Shown here: positions 18,645 to 28,326 of the stretch, one piece after another
Position numbering within the stretch: the first letter of the stretch is position 1
How the letters are laid out: each line of letters begins with the position of its first letter
NCBI GenBank assembly: GCA_017446885.1
Contig: JAFSOR010000020.1
Coordinates: 102,769-166,768 of the forward strand
Direction of reading: 5' to 3'
Source of the DNA: Spirochaetia bacterium
GTDB taxonomy: Bacteria > Spirochaetota > Spirochaetia > CADAEX01
Length of the DNA stretch: 64,000 bases
The notes under the pieces: generated by a model
Databases searched by the model: none
Seen by the model: the letters and a program-made list of their open reading frames with translations, nothing else
Told to the model about the DNA's origin: nothing
Program-made: the position numbers and the translations under genes

Positions 18645-19946
18645 TTGGAATTGGACAAGTTAGCTGCTGAACTTAATGCTGTTATCGAGAACAAGCCTGT
18701 ATACCGGCTTTTATCTGACCTTGGAAAGAGGATGTATTTCCCAAAAGGTATAATCTCGCAGTCCGCCGAAGCTAAAAAAGATGCGTATAAATACAATGCA
18801 ACGATAGGTATGGCTATGGAGGGAGGCCAGACCATGTTCATACCATCCATGCGCAAGCTGGTGAACGGCCTGTCTGCCACCGAGATGTTTGCCTATGCTC
18901 CTACTGCCGGGCTTCCTGAGCTTAGGCAGATATGGATGATGGAGATGATCCGGAAGAATCCTTCGCTTGTAAACAAGACTGTCTCCATGCCTATAATCAC
19001 CTCGGGCCTTACCCACGGGCTTTCCATAATCTCTGACATATTTGTGGACGAGGATGATGATGTGATTATCCCCGATATGTTCTGGGGAAACTACAAGCTT
19101 ATATTCAATGTGCTGCACAAGGCCAAGGTAGATACATTCGCACTGTTCGACGAAAATTACCATTTCAATGCCAATGCCATGGAAGAGACCATAAAGAAGA
19201 TGGGGGACAAGGTTGTTATTCTTCTTAACTTCCCGAACAACCCTACAGGCTACTCTCCATCCACCTTGGAGCAGCAGCAGATTGTGCAGGCTCTTAAGAG
19301 GCAGGCCGACTCGGGCAAGGATATTCTGGTCATATGCGACGATTCATACTATGGCCTTTTCTTCGAGAACGATATAGAGCATCAGTCCATATTCGCTGCT
19401 CTGTGCGATGCCCACGACAACATCACAGCAGTAAAGATTGACGGTGCCACCAAGGAGGAGCTGGTATGGGGTTTCCGCACCGGGTTCATAACTTTCGGCG
19501 GCAAGGCTCTGGACGACAGCGCCATATCTGTGCTTGAGAAAAAGATTATGGGCTCTATCCGCTCAACAGTATCGACATGCTCAACAATATCACAGAACAT
19601 AATACTTAAGGGAATGCGGAGCATAACATACCATCAGGAGAAAGCATCGGTTGCAGCCAAGATGAAAGGGCGCTACCTGCAGGTTCGCAAGGCTGTGGAC
19701 AGTATGCCGGCCGATGTGCCACTTGTGGCGCTTCCGTTCAACTCGGGTTACTTTATGACATTTGTGGTAAAGAAGATTGGGGCCGAGAACCTGCGTAAAT
19801 ACCTTCTTGAGCGCTACGGAATAGGAACTATCTCGATAGGGGAGAAATACCTGCGTGTAGCATTCTCATCTGTGGACATAAACAATATTCACGACCTTTA
19901 CGGAACTATATTCAAGGCAGCCAAAGAGCTTTGCCGGAGGACATGA
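18645..19946 (+). CDS. PLP-dependent aminotransferase, class I/II fold
   Basis: ~430 aa; aminotransferase fold motifs (…NFPNNPTGY…); the exact subfamily is not resolved. Confidence 0.7.
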   Translation: MELDKLAAELNAVIENKPVYRLLSDLGKRMYFPKGIISQSAEAKKDAYKYNATIGMAMEGGQTMFIPSMRKLVNGLSATEMFAYAPTAGLPELRQIWMMEMIRKNPSLVNKTVSMPIITSGLTHGLSIISDIFVDEDDDVIIPDMFWGNYKLIFNVLHKAKVDTFALFDENYHFNANAMEETIKKMGDKVVILLNFPNNPTGYSPSTLEQQQIVQALKRQADSGKDILVICDDSYYGLFFENDIEHQSIFAALCDAHDNITAVKIDGATKEELVWGFRTGFITFGGKALDDSAISVLEKKIMGSIRSTVSTCSTISQNIILKGMRSITYHQEKASVAAKMKGRYLQVRKAVDSMPADVPLVALPFNSGYFMTFVVKKIGAENLRKYLLERYGIGTISIGEKYLRVAFSSVDINNIHDLYGTIFKAAKELCRRT

Positions 19947-21241
19947 TGGAACTTAAAGAAAAATCGCTTGAATATCACAGTTATCCAGTTGCTGGAAAGA
20001 TAGAGGTAATCCCTTCAAAACCATGCAAGACTCAGGATGATCTTTCCTGTGCATATACGCCTGGAGTCGCTTTCCCATGCCTTGAGATAAAAGCGGATCA
20101 GAGCCTGGTTTCCACATATACCAGAAGAAAGAACCTGGTGGGTGTTATAACAAACGGCACAGCAGTGCTAGGCCTGGGCAACATAGGTCCCTATGCCGGA
20201 AAGCCGGTCATGGAAGGGAAGGGCGTCCTGTTCAAGCGGTTTGCCGATGTGGATGTGTTCGACCTGGAGCTTGACTGCGCAGATCCCAAGGCATTTATCG
20301 ATGCAGTTAAGCTTATGGGCCCCACATTCGGCGGCATAAACCTTGAGGATATAAAGGCCCCCGAGTGCTTCGAGATAGAGGATAGCCTTAAGGCAGCGAT
20401 GGATATTCCTGTGTTCCACGACGACCAGCACGGAACTGCCATAATAACAGGGGCGGCGCTTCTGAATGCACTTGAGATAATTGGCAAGAAGATAGACCAG
20501 GTTAAGGTTGTAATAAACGGAGCCGGTGCTGCAGGCATTGCATGCGGCAAGTTCTACATTGCCCTGGGTGTAAAGAAAGAGAACATAACCATGTGCGACA
20601 CCAAGGGAATAATCTACAAAGGGCGAGCAGCCGGCATGAACCAGTATAAGGAATACTTTGCAAACCGCACCCAGGGTGGCACACTGGCCGATGCCCTTAA
20701 GGGGGCCGATGTGTTCCTTGGCCTTTCTGGAAAGGGTCTTGTCACAGGCGATATGCTTAAGACCATGAGCGAAAACCCTATAGTGTTTGCACTGGCAAAT
20801 CCCGATCCCGAAATCACATATCCCGAGGCTGTAGCTGCCCGGGCCGATGTCATAATGGCTACAGGTCGCTCCGATTACCCTAACCAGGTTAACAATGTAA
20901 TGGGATTCCCGTTCATTTTCCGCGGTGCCCTGGATGTGGAGGCATCGGCCATAAACGAGGAAATGAAGATTGCAGCTTCCCATGCGCTTGCAGACCTGGC
21001 AAAGCTTCCGGTGCCGGAAGAGGTCCTTAAGGCATACGGTGCAAAGGGCCTTGAGTTTGGCCGTGACTACATTATTCCAAAGCCTTTTGATCCACGTGCA
21101 TTTGTGCAGGTTTCATCGGCAGTTGCCGAAGCTGCTGTCAAAAGCGGTGTGGCAAGGGCACCGTATGCATCCAAAGAGGCCTATATCAAGGAACTTGAGG
21201 AAAGGATGCACACTTCCATAAGCCGTTTCAGAGATGTATAA
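19931..21241 (+). CDS. maeB: NAD(P)-dependent malic enzyme (short form)
   Basis: [20 protein letters not shown] signature; Rossmann motif GAGAAG. Confidence 0.9.
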   Translation: MPEDMMELKEKSLEYHSYPVAGKIEVIPSKPCKTQDDLSCAYTPGVAFPCLEIKADQSLVSTYTRRKNLVGVITNGTAVLGLGNIGPYAGKPVMEGKGVLFKRFADVDVFDLELDCADPKAFIDAVKLMGPTFGGINLEDIKAPECFEIEDSLKAAMDIPVFHDDQHGTAIITGAALLNALEIIGKKIDQVKVVINGAGAAGIACGKFYIALGVKKENITMCDTKGIIYKGRAAGMNQYKEYFANRTQGGTLADALKGADVFLGLSGKGLVTGDMLKTMSENPIVFALANPDPEITYPEAVAARADVIMATGRSDYPNQVNNVMGFPFIFRGALDVEASAINEEMKIAASHALADLAKLPVPEEVLKAYGAKGLEFGRDYIIPKPFDPRAFVQVSSAVAEAAVKSGVARAPYASKEAYIKELEERMHTSISRFRDV

Positions 21242-21258
21242 TAGATTCAGGAGTAGAT

Positions 21259-22422
21259 ATGAAGAAGTTCTTGTTGTTAGCCCTTATATTTATCCTTCCG
21301 GCAGGTGTTTTCGCCGATAAAAAGAGCGAGAAGTTCGCTGCAACCATAGGATCAAACAATGTGGCCAAAATCGAGGCTGCAATAAAAGAGGGGGCCGATG
21401 TGAACGGCTACAGCGGCGAGAAAGCTTTTACTCCTCTTATGATTGCCTGCCAGAGCGAGGATTCCATAGAAGTGGTTAAACTGCTCCTTAAATATGGGGC
21501 AAAGGTAAACGAGACCAATGTCAATGGCGATACAGCTCTTATCATTGCTTCCCAGAGCAATACAAATGCAGAAATCCATAAAACCCTTATCGAATCCGGT
21601 GCCGATGTCAATATGCGCAACAAAGACCAGACCACACCTCTTATGGCAGCTTGTGGCAACAACCTTAAGTCTGCTGTTGTCGAGACATTGATAAGTTCTG
21701 GAGCACGCCTTGACGACAAGGATATGGATGGCCGCACACCCCTTATCTTTGCTGTAACCTACAACGAGAATGCAAAAGTTACCGAAGCTTTGCTCAAGGC
21801 AGGTGCAGACCCCAACACCAAGAACAGGTATGGGCTTCCGGTTGTCATGATGGCTGCCCAGTCCAACAAGAATGCAGCAGTGCTGCAGGCTCTTATAGAT
21901 GCCGGTGCCGACTTAAGCTTCTCAATCCAGGGGCTTAACCCTATGTGCTATGCCGCAATCTACAACCCTAATCCCGATATCATCGGGGTGTTGCACAAGA
22001 AGGGCCTTTCTATAAGCGATTACAATGAGAACGGTGTCTCGCCGTTCCTCTATTCCTGCTTCTACAACTTCTCTTCCGATGTAACCAAGAAATTCTTGGA
22101 ACTGGGAGCAGACCCCAAGCAGACCGATAAAAATGGAATCTCTGCCCTTATGTATGCCGCAATGCACAACGGCAATGCCGAGATTATCCATGTTCTTGTA
22201 AAAGCTGGTGCCGATGTCAATGCCAAGGATAAGGCCAACGGCCTTACACCCCTTATGCTGGCAGCCCTGCAGAACGAGAACGGCTCTGTCATAAATGCAC
22301 TTTTGGAGGAGGGGGCCGACATCAGCCTCAAATCCAATGCAGGCATGACAGCCTACGAATATGCGGTAAAGAACGAGACACCTGTATCCAAACTGGATGT
22401 GGTACAGGAGCTTGAACCGTAA
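21259..22422 (+). CDS. secreted ankyrin-repeat protein
   Basis: Signal peptide; about ten ANK repeats (G.TPLM.A…GADVN). Confidence 0.85.
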   Translation: MKKFLLLALIFILPAGVFADKKSEKFAATIGSNNVAKIEAAIKEGADVNGYSGEKAFTPLMIACQSEDSIEVVKLLLKYGAKVNETNVNGDTALIIASQSNTNAEIHKTLIESGADVNMRNKDQTTPLMAACGNNLKSAVVETLISSGARLDDKDMDGRTPLIFAVTYNENAKVTEALLKAGADPNTKNRYGLPVVMMAAQSNKNAAVLQALIDAGADLSFSIQGLNPMCYAAIYNPNPDIIGVLHKKGLSISDYNENGVSPFLYSCFYNFSSDVTKKFLELGADPKQTDKNGISALMYAAMHNGNAEIIHVLVKAGADVNAKDKANGLTPLMLAALQNENGSVINALLEEGADISLKSNAGMTAYEYAVKNETPVSKLDVVQELEP

Positions 22423-22449
22423 ATATTTTATTTATATATAAAATATTAG

Positions 22450-22479
22450 TTGACAATTTGTATCTCTCTCCCTTATCAT
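22450..22479 (+). promoter_or_regulatory. putative promoter TTGACA-N18-TATCAT upstream of the fusA paralog
   Basis: Read directly; the RBS aggagg lies 8 nt before ATG 22507. Confidence 0.4.
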
Positions 22480-22506
22480 ATATAGAGCCCAACAGGAGGA
22501 TTTTTT

Positions 22507-24591
22507 ATGGGATTTACTACTGAACAAATTAAAAACACAGCTATCACTGGGCATACAGGCACAGGAAAGACTACTCTGCTTGAGCGTATTCTTTTTGCAG
22601 GTGGCGCAATTCCAAAGGTTGAGACTGTAGAAAGTGGAAAGACAGTCAGCGACTATACCGACGAGGAGATTGAAAAAAAGATTTCCTTCCATTCCACACT
22701 TTCATACATCGAGAAAAGCGGCAAGAAGCTTAATTTTATAGATACTCCGGGTGCATCCGACTTCGTAGGCGAGGTTATCCTGGGACTGCGTGCATGCGAG
22801 ACAGGCATGCTGGTAGTTGGTGCAGATACCGGTGCTCAGATAGAGACAATCAAACTGTGGCGGCGTATGGACGGCCGTAACATTCCACGGTTCATTTTCA
22901 TAAACAAGATGGACAAGGACAGAGCAAGTTTCTCTGCCACAATGGAAGACCTTAAGAAAAAGTTCCACAAGACTTTTGTTCCTGTAGTCATTCCTATGGG
23001 CGATGCAAAGGATTTCAAGGGTGTAATCGACCTCTTGAACGAAAAGGCATACATGGTTCCTGCAGGCGGCGGAAAAGAGACAGCAGTAGACATTCCAGCC
23101 GATATGGCAGATCTGGTTGCGCAGTATAAAGAGGCCCTTATCGAAGGTGCTGCCGAAGGCGACGACGAGATAATGGAAAAATACCTCGAAAGCGGCGAGC
23201 TCAGCCCAGAGGATGTAAAGAAGGCTCTTATCGAAGGTCTCCACGACAACAAGCTGGCTCCGGTTCTCTGCGGTTCAGCCCTTGCCGGTTGCGGTATCGA
23301 GGCTCTTATCAACTTTATCTGCGAGGTATCTCCAAATCCACTTGGATTCAACGATGTACTCCTTGATGCAGAAGGCAACCAGACACTGGTCCCAATCTCT
23401 CCAGATGGCGATGTAAAGGTTTTCACATTCAAGACCAATATCGACCAGTTCTCTGGAAAGCTTTCTTTCTGGAAGTGTATTACCGGCAAAGTTACAGCCG
23501 ACATGGAGCTTATGAACTCCCGCGAAGGCAAGAAGGAGAAGGTTACCAAGCTCTATACAGCAGTTGGAAAGAAGCTTGTTGATATTAACGAGATTGTTGC
23601 AGGCGATATCGGAATCGCATCCAAGATGCCTCTTACCCTGACCAACGACACAATGTTCACAGGCGAGCTCAAGGATACATTCATCAAGCTGCGTCTGCCG
23701 ACCCCTACATACGAGGTTTCTGTATCTGCCAACGACAAGAAGAACGAGGACAAGCTTGCACAGTTCATGCAGAAGGCTTCCACCGAGGACAACACATTCC
23801 GCATCTCCTACAACAAGGAGACAGCCGAGACTATCGTATCTGGAATGGGCGAGCTTCAGGTCAACATGATACTGGATAAGATTCAGAACAACCAGAAGAT
23901 TGGCATTACAACCAAGATTCCACAGGTTGCATACCGCGAGACAGTTACCAAGAAGGCTTCGGGCAGCTTCAGACACAAGAAACAGTCTGGCGGTCATGGA
24001 CAGTTTGCCGAGGTTCATTTCGAGATTCAGCCGATTGAGCGCGGCGAATATTTAAGATTTATCAACACCATCAAGGGTGGTGCAGTTTCCAAGGGTTATA
24101 TCCCTGGAATCGAGAAGGGAATTGCGGAAGGAATGCAGGAAGGTGTTCTTGCAGGATATCCGGTTGTAGATATAGAAGTAAACCTGTTCGATGGAAAAGA
24201 GCATCCTGTCGACTCATCAGAAATGGCATTCAAGCTTGCAGCCAAGGGCTGTCTTAAGGATGTCATTGAAAAGGCTTCACCTGTTCTCCTGGAGCCTATC
24301 ATGAAACTCACAGTATTTGTCGACGATCAGTACCTGGGCGATGTTCTTTCTGACCTCAGTTCCAAGCGTGGTAGAGTGCTTGGCCAGGACAGCATTGGCG
24401 GTGGTATGCAGCAGGTAAATGCAGAAGTTCCTCAGTCAGAGCTCCTGAGGTATGCAATTGACCTGCGCTCACTTACATCTGGAACTGGCTCCTTCGAGGT
24501 TGAATTCGATCACTACAGCCCGATAAATGGCAAGATTGCTGATGCTGTTATTGCAGAGGCAAAGGCTAAGAGAGAGGCAGCACAGGCTTAA
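22507..24591 (+). CDS. fusA: elongation factor G paralog (EF-G2-like translational GTPase)
   Basis: G1 motif TGHTGTGKTT; DTPG; NKMD; full five-domain EF-G length (694 aa). Confidence 0.85.
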   Translation: MGFTTEQIKNTAITGHTGTGKTTLLERILFAGGAIPKVETVESGKTVSDYTDEEIEKKISFHSTLSYIEKSGKKLNFIDTPGASDFVGEVILGLRACETGMLVVGADTGAQIETIKLWRRMDGRNIPRFIFINKMDKDRASFSATMEDLKKKFHKTFVPVVIPMGDAKDFKGVIDLLNEKAYMVPAGGGKETAVDIPADMADLVAQYKEALIEGAAEGDDEIMEKYLESGELSPEDVKKALIEGLHDNKLAPVLCGSALAGCGIEALINFICEVSPNPLGFNDVLLDAEGNQTLVPISPDGDVKVFTFKTNIDQFSGKLSFWKCITGKVTADMELMNSREGKKEKVTKLYTAVGKKLVDINEIVAGDIGIASKMPLTLTNDTMFTGELKDTFIKLRLPTPTYEVSVSANDKKNEDKLAQFMQKASTEDNTFRISYNKETAETIVSGMGELQVNMILDKIQNNQKIGITTKIPQVAYRETVTKKASGSFRHKKQSGGHGQFAEVHFEIQPIERGEYLRFINTIKGGAVSKGYIPGIEKGIAEGMQEGVLAGYPVVDIEVNLFDGKEHPVDSSEMAFKLAAKGCLKDVIEKASPVLLEPIMKLTVFVDDQYLGDVLSDLSSKRGRVLGQDSIGGGMQQVNAEVPQSELLRYAIDLRSLTSGTGSFEVEFDHYSPINGKIADAVIAEAKAKREAAQA

Positions 24592-24622
24592 GTGTCCCCC
24601 AGGCCTGAAAACACAATTCCGA

Positions 24623-24646
24623 CCCCGGCTTTTCGCCGGGGTTTTT
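24623..24646 (+). terminator. intrinsic terminator after the fusA paralog
   Basis: Hairpin ccccggc-ttttc-gccgggg followed by T5. Confidence 0.8.
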
Positions 24647-24663
24647 ACTAGGCGGGTTGTTCT

Positions 24664-25425
24664 ATGAAAAAAATTGCTATTTATGGTAAAGGTGGAATCG
24701 GAAAATCTACTGTAACCTCCAACATATCGGCAGCTCTTGCAATAAGCGGCTACAAGGTCATGCAGATAGGCTGCGACCCCAAGGCCGACTCCACAATAAA
24801 CCTTATGCATGGAAAGCAGCTTGAGCCTGTCCTTAACTATATGCGGGACCACGATTCAAACCCCAAGATAGAAGATATAATCCACACTGGTTTCGGCGGC
24901 GTCATGTGCATGGAGACAGGCGGTCCCACCCCTGGGCTCGGCTGTGCAGGCCGTGGAATAATAGCCACATTCCAGCTTATGGACGAGCTTGATGTGTTTA
25001 ATATCCTTAAACCCGATGTTGTCCTTTACGATGTCCTAGGCGATGTTGTATGCGGCGGTTTTGCAGCCCCAATACGCGAGGGCTATGCACAGGATATTTA
25101 CATTGTCACCTCTGGCGAGAAAATGTCTTTGTTTGCAGCCAACAATATACGCACCGCAGTAAAGAACTTCGAGGAAAGGGGCTATGCCAGGGTGCGCGGC
25201 ATAATATTCAACTCCCGCGGCCTTAATGGAGAAGAAGAGAAGGTACAAGCCTTTGCCGACAGCATTGGTGTGCCTGTAATTGGCCATCTGCCAAGGTCGC
25301 AGGATATAATGGATTTTGAAGATAAAGGAATGACAGTGGTGGAGGGGAATCCAGACCTGCCTATAAGCAGGGAATTCCTCTCTATCGCCGATAAAATAAT
25401 GAAGTGTAAGAGCGATGAGAGCTGA
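24664..25425 (+). CDS. nitrogenase iron protein-like (NifH/BchL/CfbC family) ATPase
   Basis: P-loop GKGGIGKST, CDPKADST, and both 4Fe-4S Cys ligands (GCAGRGI; VCGGFAAPIREG). Only 253 aa. Confidence 0.85.
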   Translation: MKKIAIYGKGGIGKSTVTSNISAALAISGYKVMQIGCDPKADSTINLMHGKQLEPVLNYMRDHDSNPKIEDIIHTGFGGVMCMETGGPTPGLGCAGRGIIATFQLMDELDVFNILKPDVVLYDVLGDVVCGGFAAPIREGYAQDIYIVTSGEKMSLFAANNIRTAVKNFEERGYARVRGIIFNSRGLNGEEEKVQAFADSIGVPVIGHLPRSQDIMDFEDKGMTVVEGNPDLPISREFLSIADKIMKCKSDES

Positions 25426-26725
25426 ATACAGGACTATAGCACAGCTTGCCTCTGAAAAACAGCAGAACAAGTCGGTCTCTGTGTTCGGCGGCTGCTGGCT
25501 CCACTACAACGGGCCTGGAAGTTCTGGCTACGGAGTTAAGCGCACAGCCATGCTGCTGCCTGAAAGTGCCATGCTTATGGTGGGGCCTATGGGGTGCAGC
25601 AGGTCTGGCACTGTGGTTGCCGAAAAATATGGTTTTGCCCACCGTATGTTCTACCTGCACCTGGACGACAGGAGCATTGCTGTAGGCTCTTACCTTAAAA
25701 AGATTCCGGAGGCAGTCCAATACATTAAAGACCTTGGACAGTTCAAAGCTGTCCTTATATGCATGACATGTCTCGATGCCCTCCTTGGAACGGACCTGGC
25801 AGGCCTGGGACGCAAGATAAGTGACCAGGTAGGAATTCCCGTGACTACCACATTTATGGATCCTATTGTAAGGGATGGTAACTACGGCCCCATGGTGCAG
25901 GTGCGTCAGGCTATAACAAACTGCTTCGAATCTGGCAAAAAAGCTGCGGAACTCAATACTGCGGTAAACCTGCTTGGAACCTTTGCACCGCTTGAGAAGG
26001 ATAGCGAGCTTTTTACAATTCTTTCAGGTGCTGGCATAAAAGAGATAAAGACTGCAGCAGGGTGCAGCACCTTTGAAGAGCTTAAGAATATGGGTACCTC
26101 GAGAGCCAACATAATAGTGCATCCTCAGGCAGCAGCCTGCGGTATAGACCTTGAGAAAAGGCTTGGTATGCCATTTATTAAGCTCTACAAATCCTATGTG
26201 CCAGATAAAATAGAAGATAATTATAAAAAGCTGGGCTCTTTCCTTGGCCTTGATATCGACTGCGCCAAACTGCGGAAGGTTTCAGAAGAAGCGATAAATG
26301 AATTTGCCCGTAAGTACAGCGGCAAGAAGATTGCAGTAGGCGAGGCAGTCTGCGGCAATCCGTTTGACATAGCAATTATGCTGCTTGGTGCAGGAATAGA
26401 GGTCCCATTTGTCTTCCGCGATATGATACATCCCGAAGACTGGGAGCTTATTTCATTGCTCAACAGCGTGGCACCCGATTTAAAGGTATATTCTGGGGTC
26501 CATCCTACCACTGCCGCCTTCCCGGCCACATTGCCAGAGGCCGACCTTTATCTTGGCCTTGATGCAGGGTACTATAATCAGGAGGCAATAAGCGCCGCCT
26601 GGCCTTTCGACAGGACATTCTACGGTTTTGACGGCATACATGCGCTATTGGAAATTATGGACACTGCTTTCAAAAACCCCAAGGGGCACAGACAGCAGAT
26701 GAAAGGAACATATCTTACGGTGTAG
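25415..26725 (+). CDS. nitrogenase component-1-type oxidoreductase, NifD/NflD-like subunit
   Basis: Overlaps the upstream gene; three conserved Cys (GGCW, MGCSRSG, ICMTC) placed as in NifD/BchN; 436 aa. Confidence 0.7.
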   Translation: MRAEYRTIAQLASEKQQNKSVSVFGGCWLHYNGPGSSGYGVKRTAMLLPESAMLMVGPMGCSRSGTVVAEKYGFAHRMFYLHLDDRSIAVGSYLKKIPEAVQYIKDLGQFKAVLICMTCLDALLGTDLAGLGRKISDQVGIPVTTTFMDPIVRDGNYGPMVQVRQAITNCFESGKKAAELNTAVNLLGTFAPLEKDSELFTILSGAGIKEIKTAAGCSTFEELKNMGTSRANIIVHPQAAACGIDLEKRLGMPFIKLYKSYVPDKIEDNYKKLGSFLGLDIDCAKLRKVSEEAINEFARKYSGKKIAVGEAVCGNPFDIAIMLLGAGIEVPFVFRDMIHPEDWELISLLNSVAPDLKVYSGVHPTTAAFPATLPEADLYLGLDAGYYNQEAISAAWPFDRTFYGFDGIHALLEIMDTAFKNPKGHRQQMKGTYLTV

Positions 26726-26734
26726 GGGGCTTTT

Positions 26735-27676
26735 ATGAAAGGATTTTTCAGATATCTTGCACCATTTGCTCCCGACTATTCTGGGGCTGTCTCTGCGCTG
26801 TATGCTGCAGGCGGCCTTGTGGTGCTGTGCGACCCGGGCGGCTGCTCCGGCAATGTGGCAGGCTACGACGAGCCCCGGTTCTATGGCGATAAAGTATGTT
26901 TCTACAGCGCTGCAATCAGGGAGATGGACACTATATTCGGCCGCGACGACAAGCTTAAGAGAAAGATATGCGATGCAGCCCTGCTTGGCGATTACAAGTT
27001 TGTGGCACTGGTAGGCACTCCTGCCGTATCTGTCATAGGAACAGACCTTGCAGCTTCTGCAAAAGCGGTGGAGCAGGAGACAGGCATACCGTCGTTCAGC
27101 GTAAGCACATCTGGAATGGAGAATTATTCCTTTGGCGAGGCCAAGGCAATTACAGCTTATGTCAAGAAGTTCCTGCCGCTATTTGCTGATGCCACAGTAT
27201 TCGGTGCAACACCGCTTAACAGGGCTTTTGACGATGATCTTTCTTCTTTTGCCGCAAATTGTACTTCTAAGGAAAATGTGTGCTTTTCTCCAGGTGCATT
27301 ATCTGCATGCCGCTTTATAAAGGAAAAGTTTGGCATTCCGTATACTCTCAGCTATCCGGAAAGTCAATCCATAAAAGAGGCTGCTAAAGAGGCTGGCAGT
27401 GCAAAGCGCATACTTATAGTGCATCAGCAGGGGGTAGGGAATACCCTGCGTAACATTATAAGACGCTCTTCCGATGCTGATATAACAGTGGGAAGTTTTT
27501 TCCTGCAAGATAGTGAGTTTGCCGAAAAACAGGATATTTTCTTCCAGGGCGAGGATGAGCTTACTGCCGCATCAATCGAGGCAGACCTGGTCTATGCCGA
27601 CCCCATGTATCGCCGTACACTGCCTGCTGATGTGCGGTTTGCCCCTCTGGTGCACTGCGCCCTTTCCGGCTGTTGA
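26735..27676 (+). CDS. nitrogenase component-1-type oxidoreductase, NifK/NflK-like subunit (short)
   Basis: LCDPGGCSG and further Cys residues; Oxidored_nitro-like fold; only 313 aa. Confidence 0.6.
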   Translation: MKGFFRYLAPFAPDYSGAVSALYAAGGLVVLCDPGGCSGNVAGYDEPRFYGDKVCFYSAAIREMDTIFGRDDKLKRKICDAALLGDYKFVALVGTPAVSVIGTDLAASAKAVEQETGIPSFSVSTSGMENYSFGEAKAITAYVKKFLPLFADATVFGATPLNRAFDDDLSSFAANCTSKENVCFSPGALSACRFIKEKFGIPYTLSYPESQSIKEAAKEAGSAKRILIVHQQGVGNTLRNIIRRSSDADITVGSFFLQDSEFAEKQDIFFQGEDELTAASIEADLVYADPMYRRTLPADVRFAPLVHCALSGC

Positions 27677-27707
27677 AACTTGGAGCAATCTGTTGTAGGA
27701 TAAAAGT

Positions 27708-28145
27708 ATGGAGAAAAGGAAAGAATCGGCGATAAAAGAGCTGGCTATGTTCTATCCACGGCTTCTTGCAGGGCTTATAACTATGCTGCTTACTGCGGCC
27801 GCAGGCATCGCACTTGCTGTAATAGTAGTATATCCCCTCTGGAGTACTGCAACCCATTCAAAAGCAGCCTACAACTGGTTCTTCCTGTTGTGTGTAGTCC
27901 TTGCTTTGGTCATTATCCCAACTGTGCGGATCCGTGGTCTTAAGAAGTCGGGCTTGAGCGCTGGTGATATAGTCAGGCATCACATTTTGCCTGTGTTGGT
28001 GCATCTTATCTATATCTTCCTTTTGTTTATGGCAGCTGTCCTTGCATGGATGTTCTTTGCAAACAACCATATTCCCGGCGGTGTTATCTGTATCATTTTC
28101 ATCCTGATAATCACAGGAATTTTTAAAATTTATTTGAAAAAATAA
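27708..28145 (+). CDS. small polytopic membrane protein, last gene of the nif-like operon
   Basis: Four predicted TM helices; 32 bp after the K-like gene; a terminator follows. Confidence 0.5.
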   Translation: MEKRKESAIKELAMFYPRLLAGLITMLLTAAAGIALAVIVVYPLWSTATHSKAAYNWFFLLCVVLALVIIPTVRIRGLKKSGLSAGDIVRHHILPVLVHLIYIFLLFMAAVLAWMFFANNHIPGGVICIIFILIITGIFKIYLKK

Positions 28146-28238
28146 AAGTTTTTCTTAAAGTTTTTTCCTAAATACCGATAATAAAAGTGTCGAGGCAATA
28201 TAGTTCCCCTCCCAGTTAACTATTTGCAATTCGAATCT

Positions 28239-28268
28239 AGGCTGATTTTTCAATCAGCCTTTTTTTTG
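28239..28268 (+). terminator. intrinsic terminator closing the nif-like operon
   Basis: aggctgatt-tttc-aatcagcct followed by T8. Confidence 0.8.
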
Positions 28269-28326
28269 TCCCAGTCCCCATTCTCCAGTTGTTTTTTATA
28301 TAATTTTTATATATACTTTTTTTACT

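Noticed and set aside
24664-27676. Annotation as a genuine nifHDK nitrogenase
   Set aside because: The D-like subunit (436 aa) and K-like subunit (313 aa) are far too short. No nifB/E/N/V or FeMo-co genes are nearby. The sequences fit the nitrogenase-like group IV, not Nif/Anf/Vnf.
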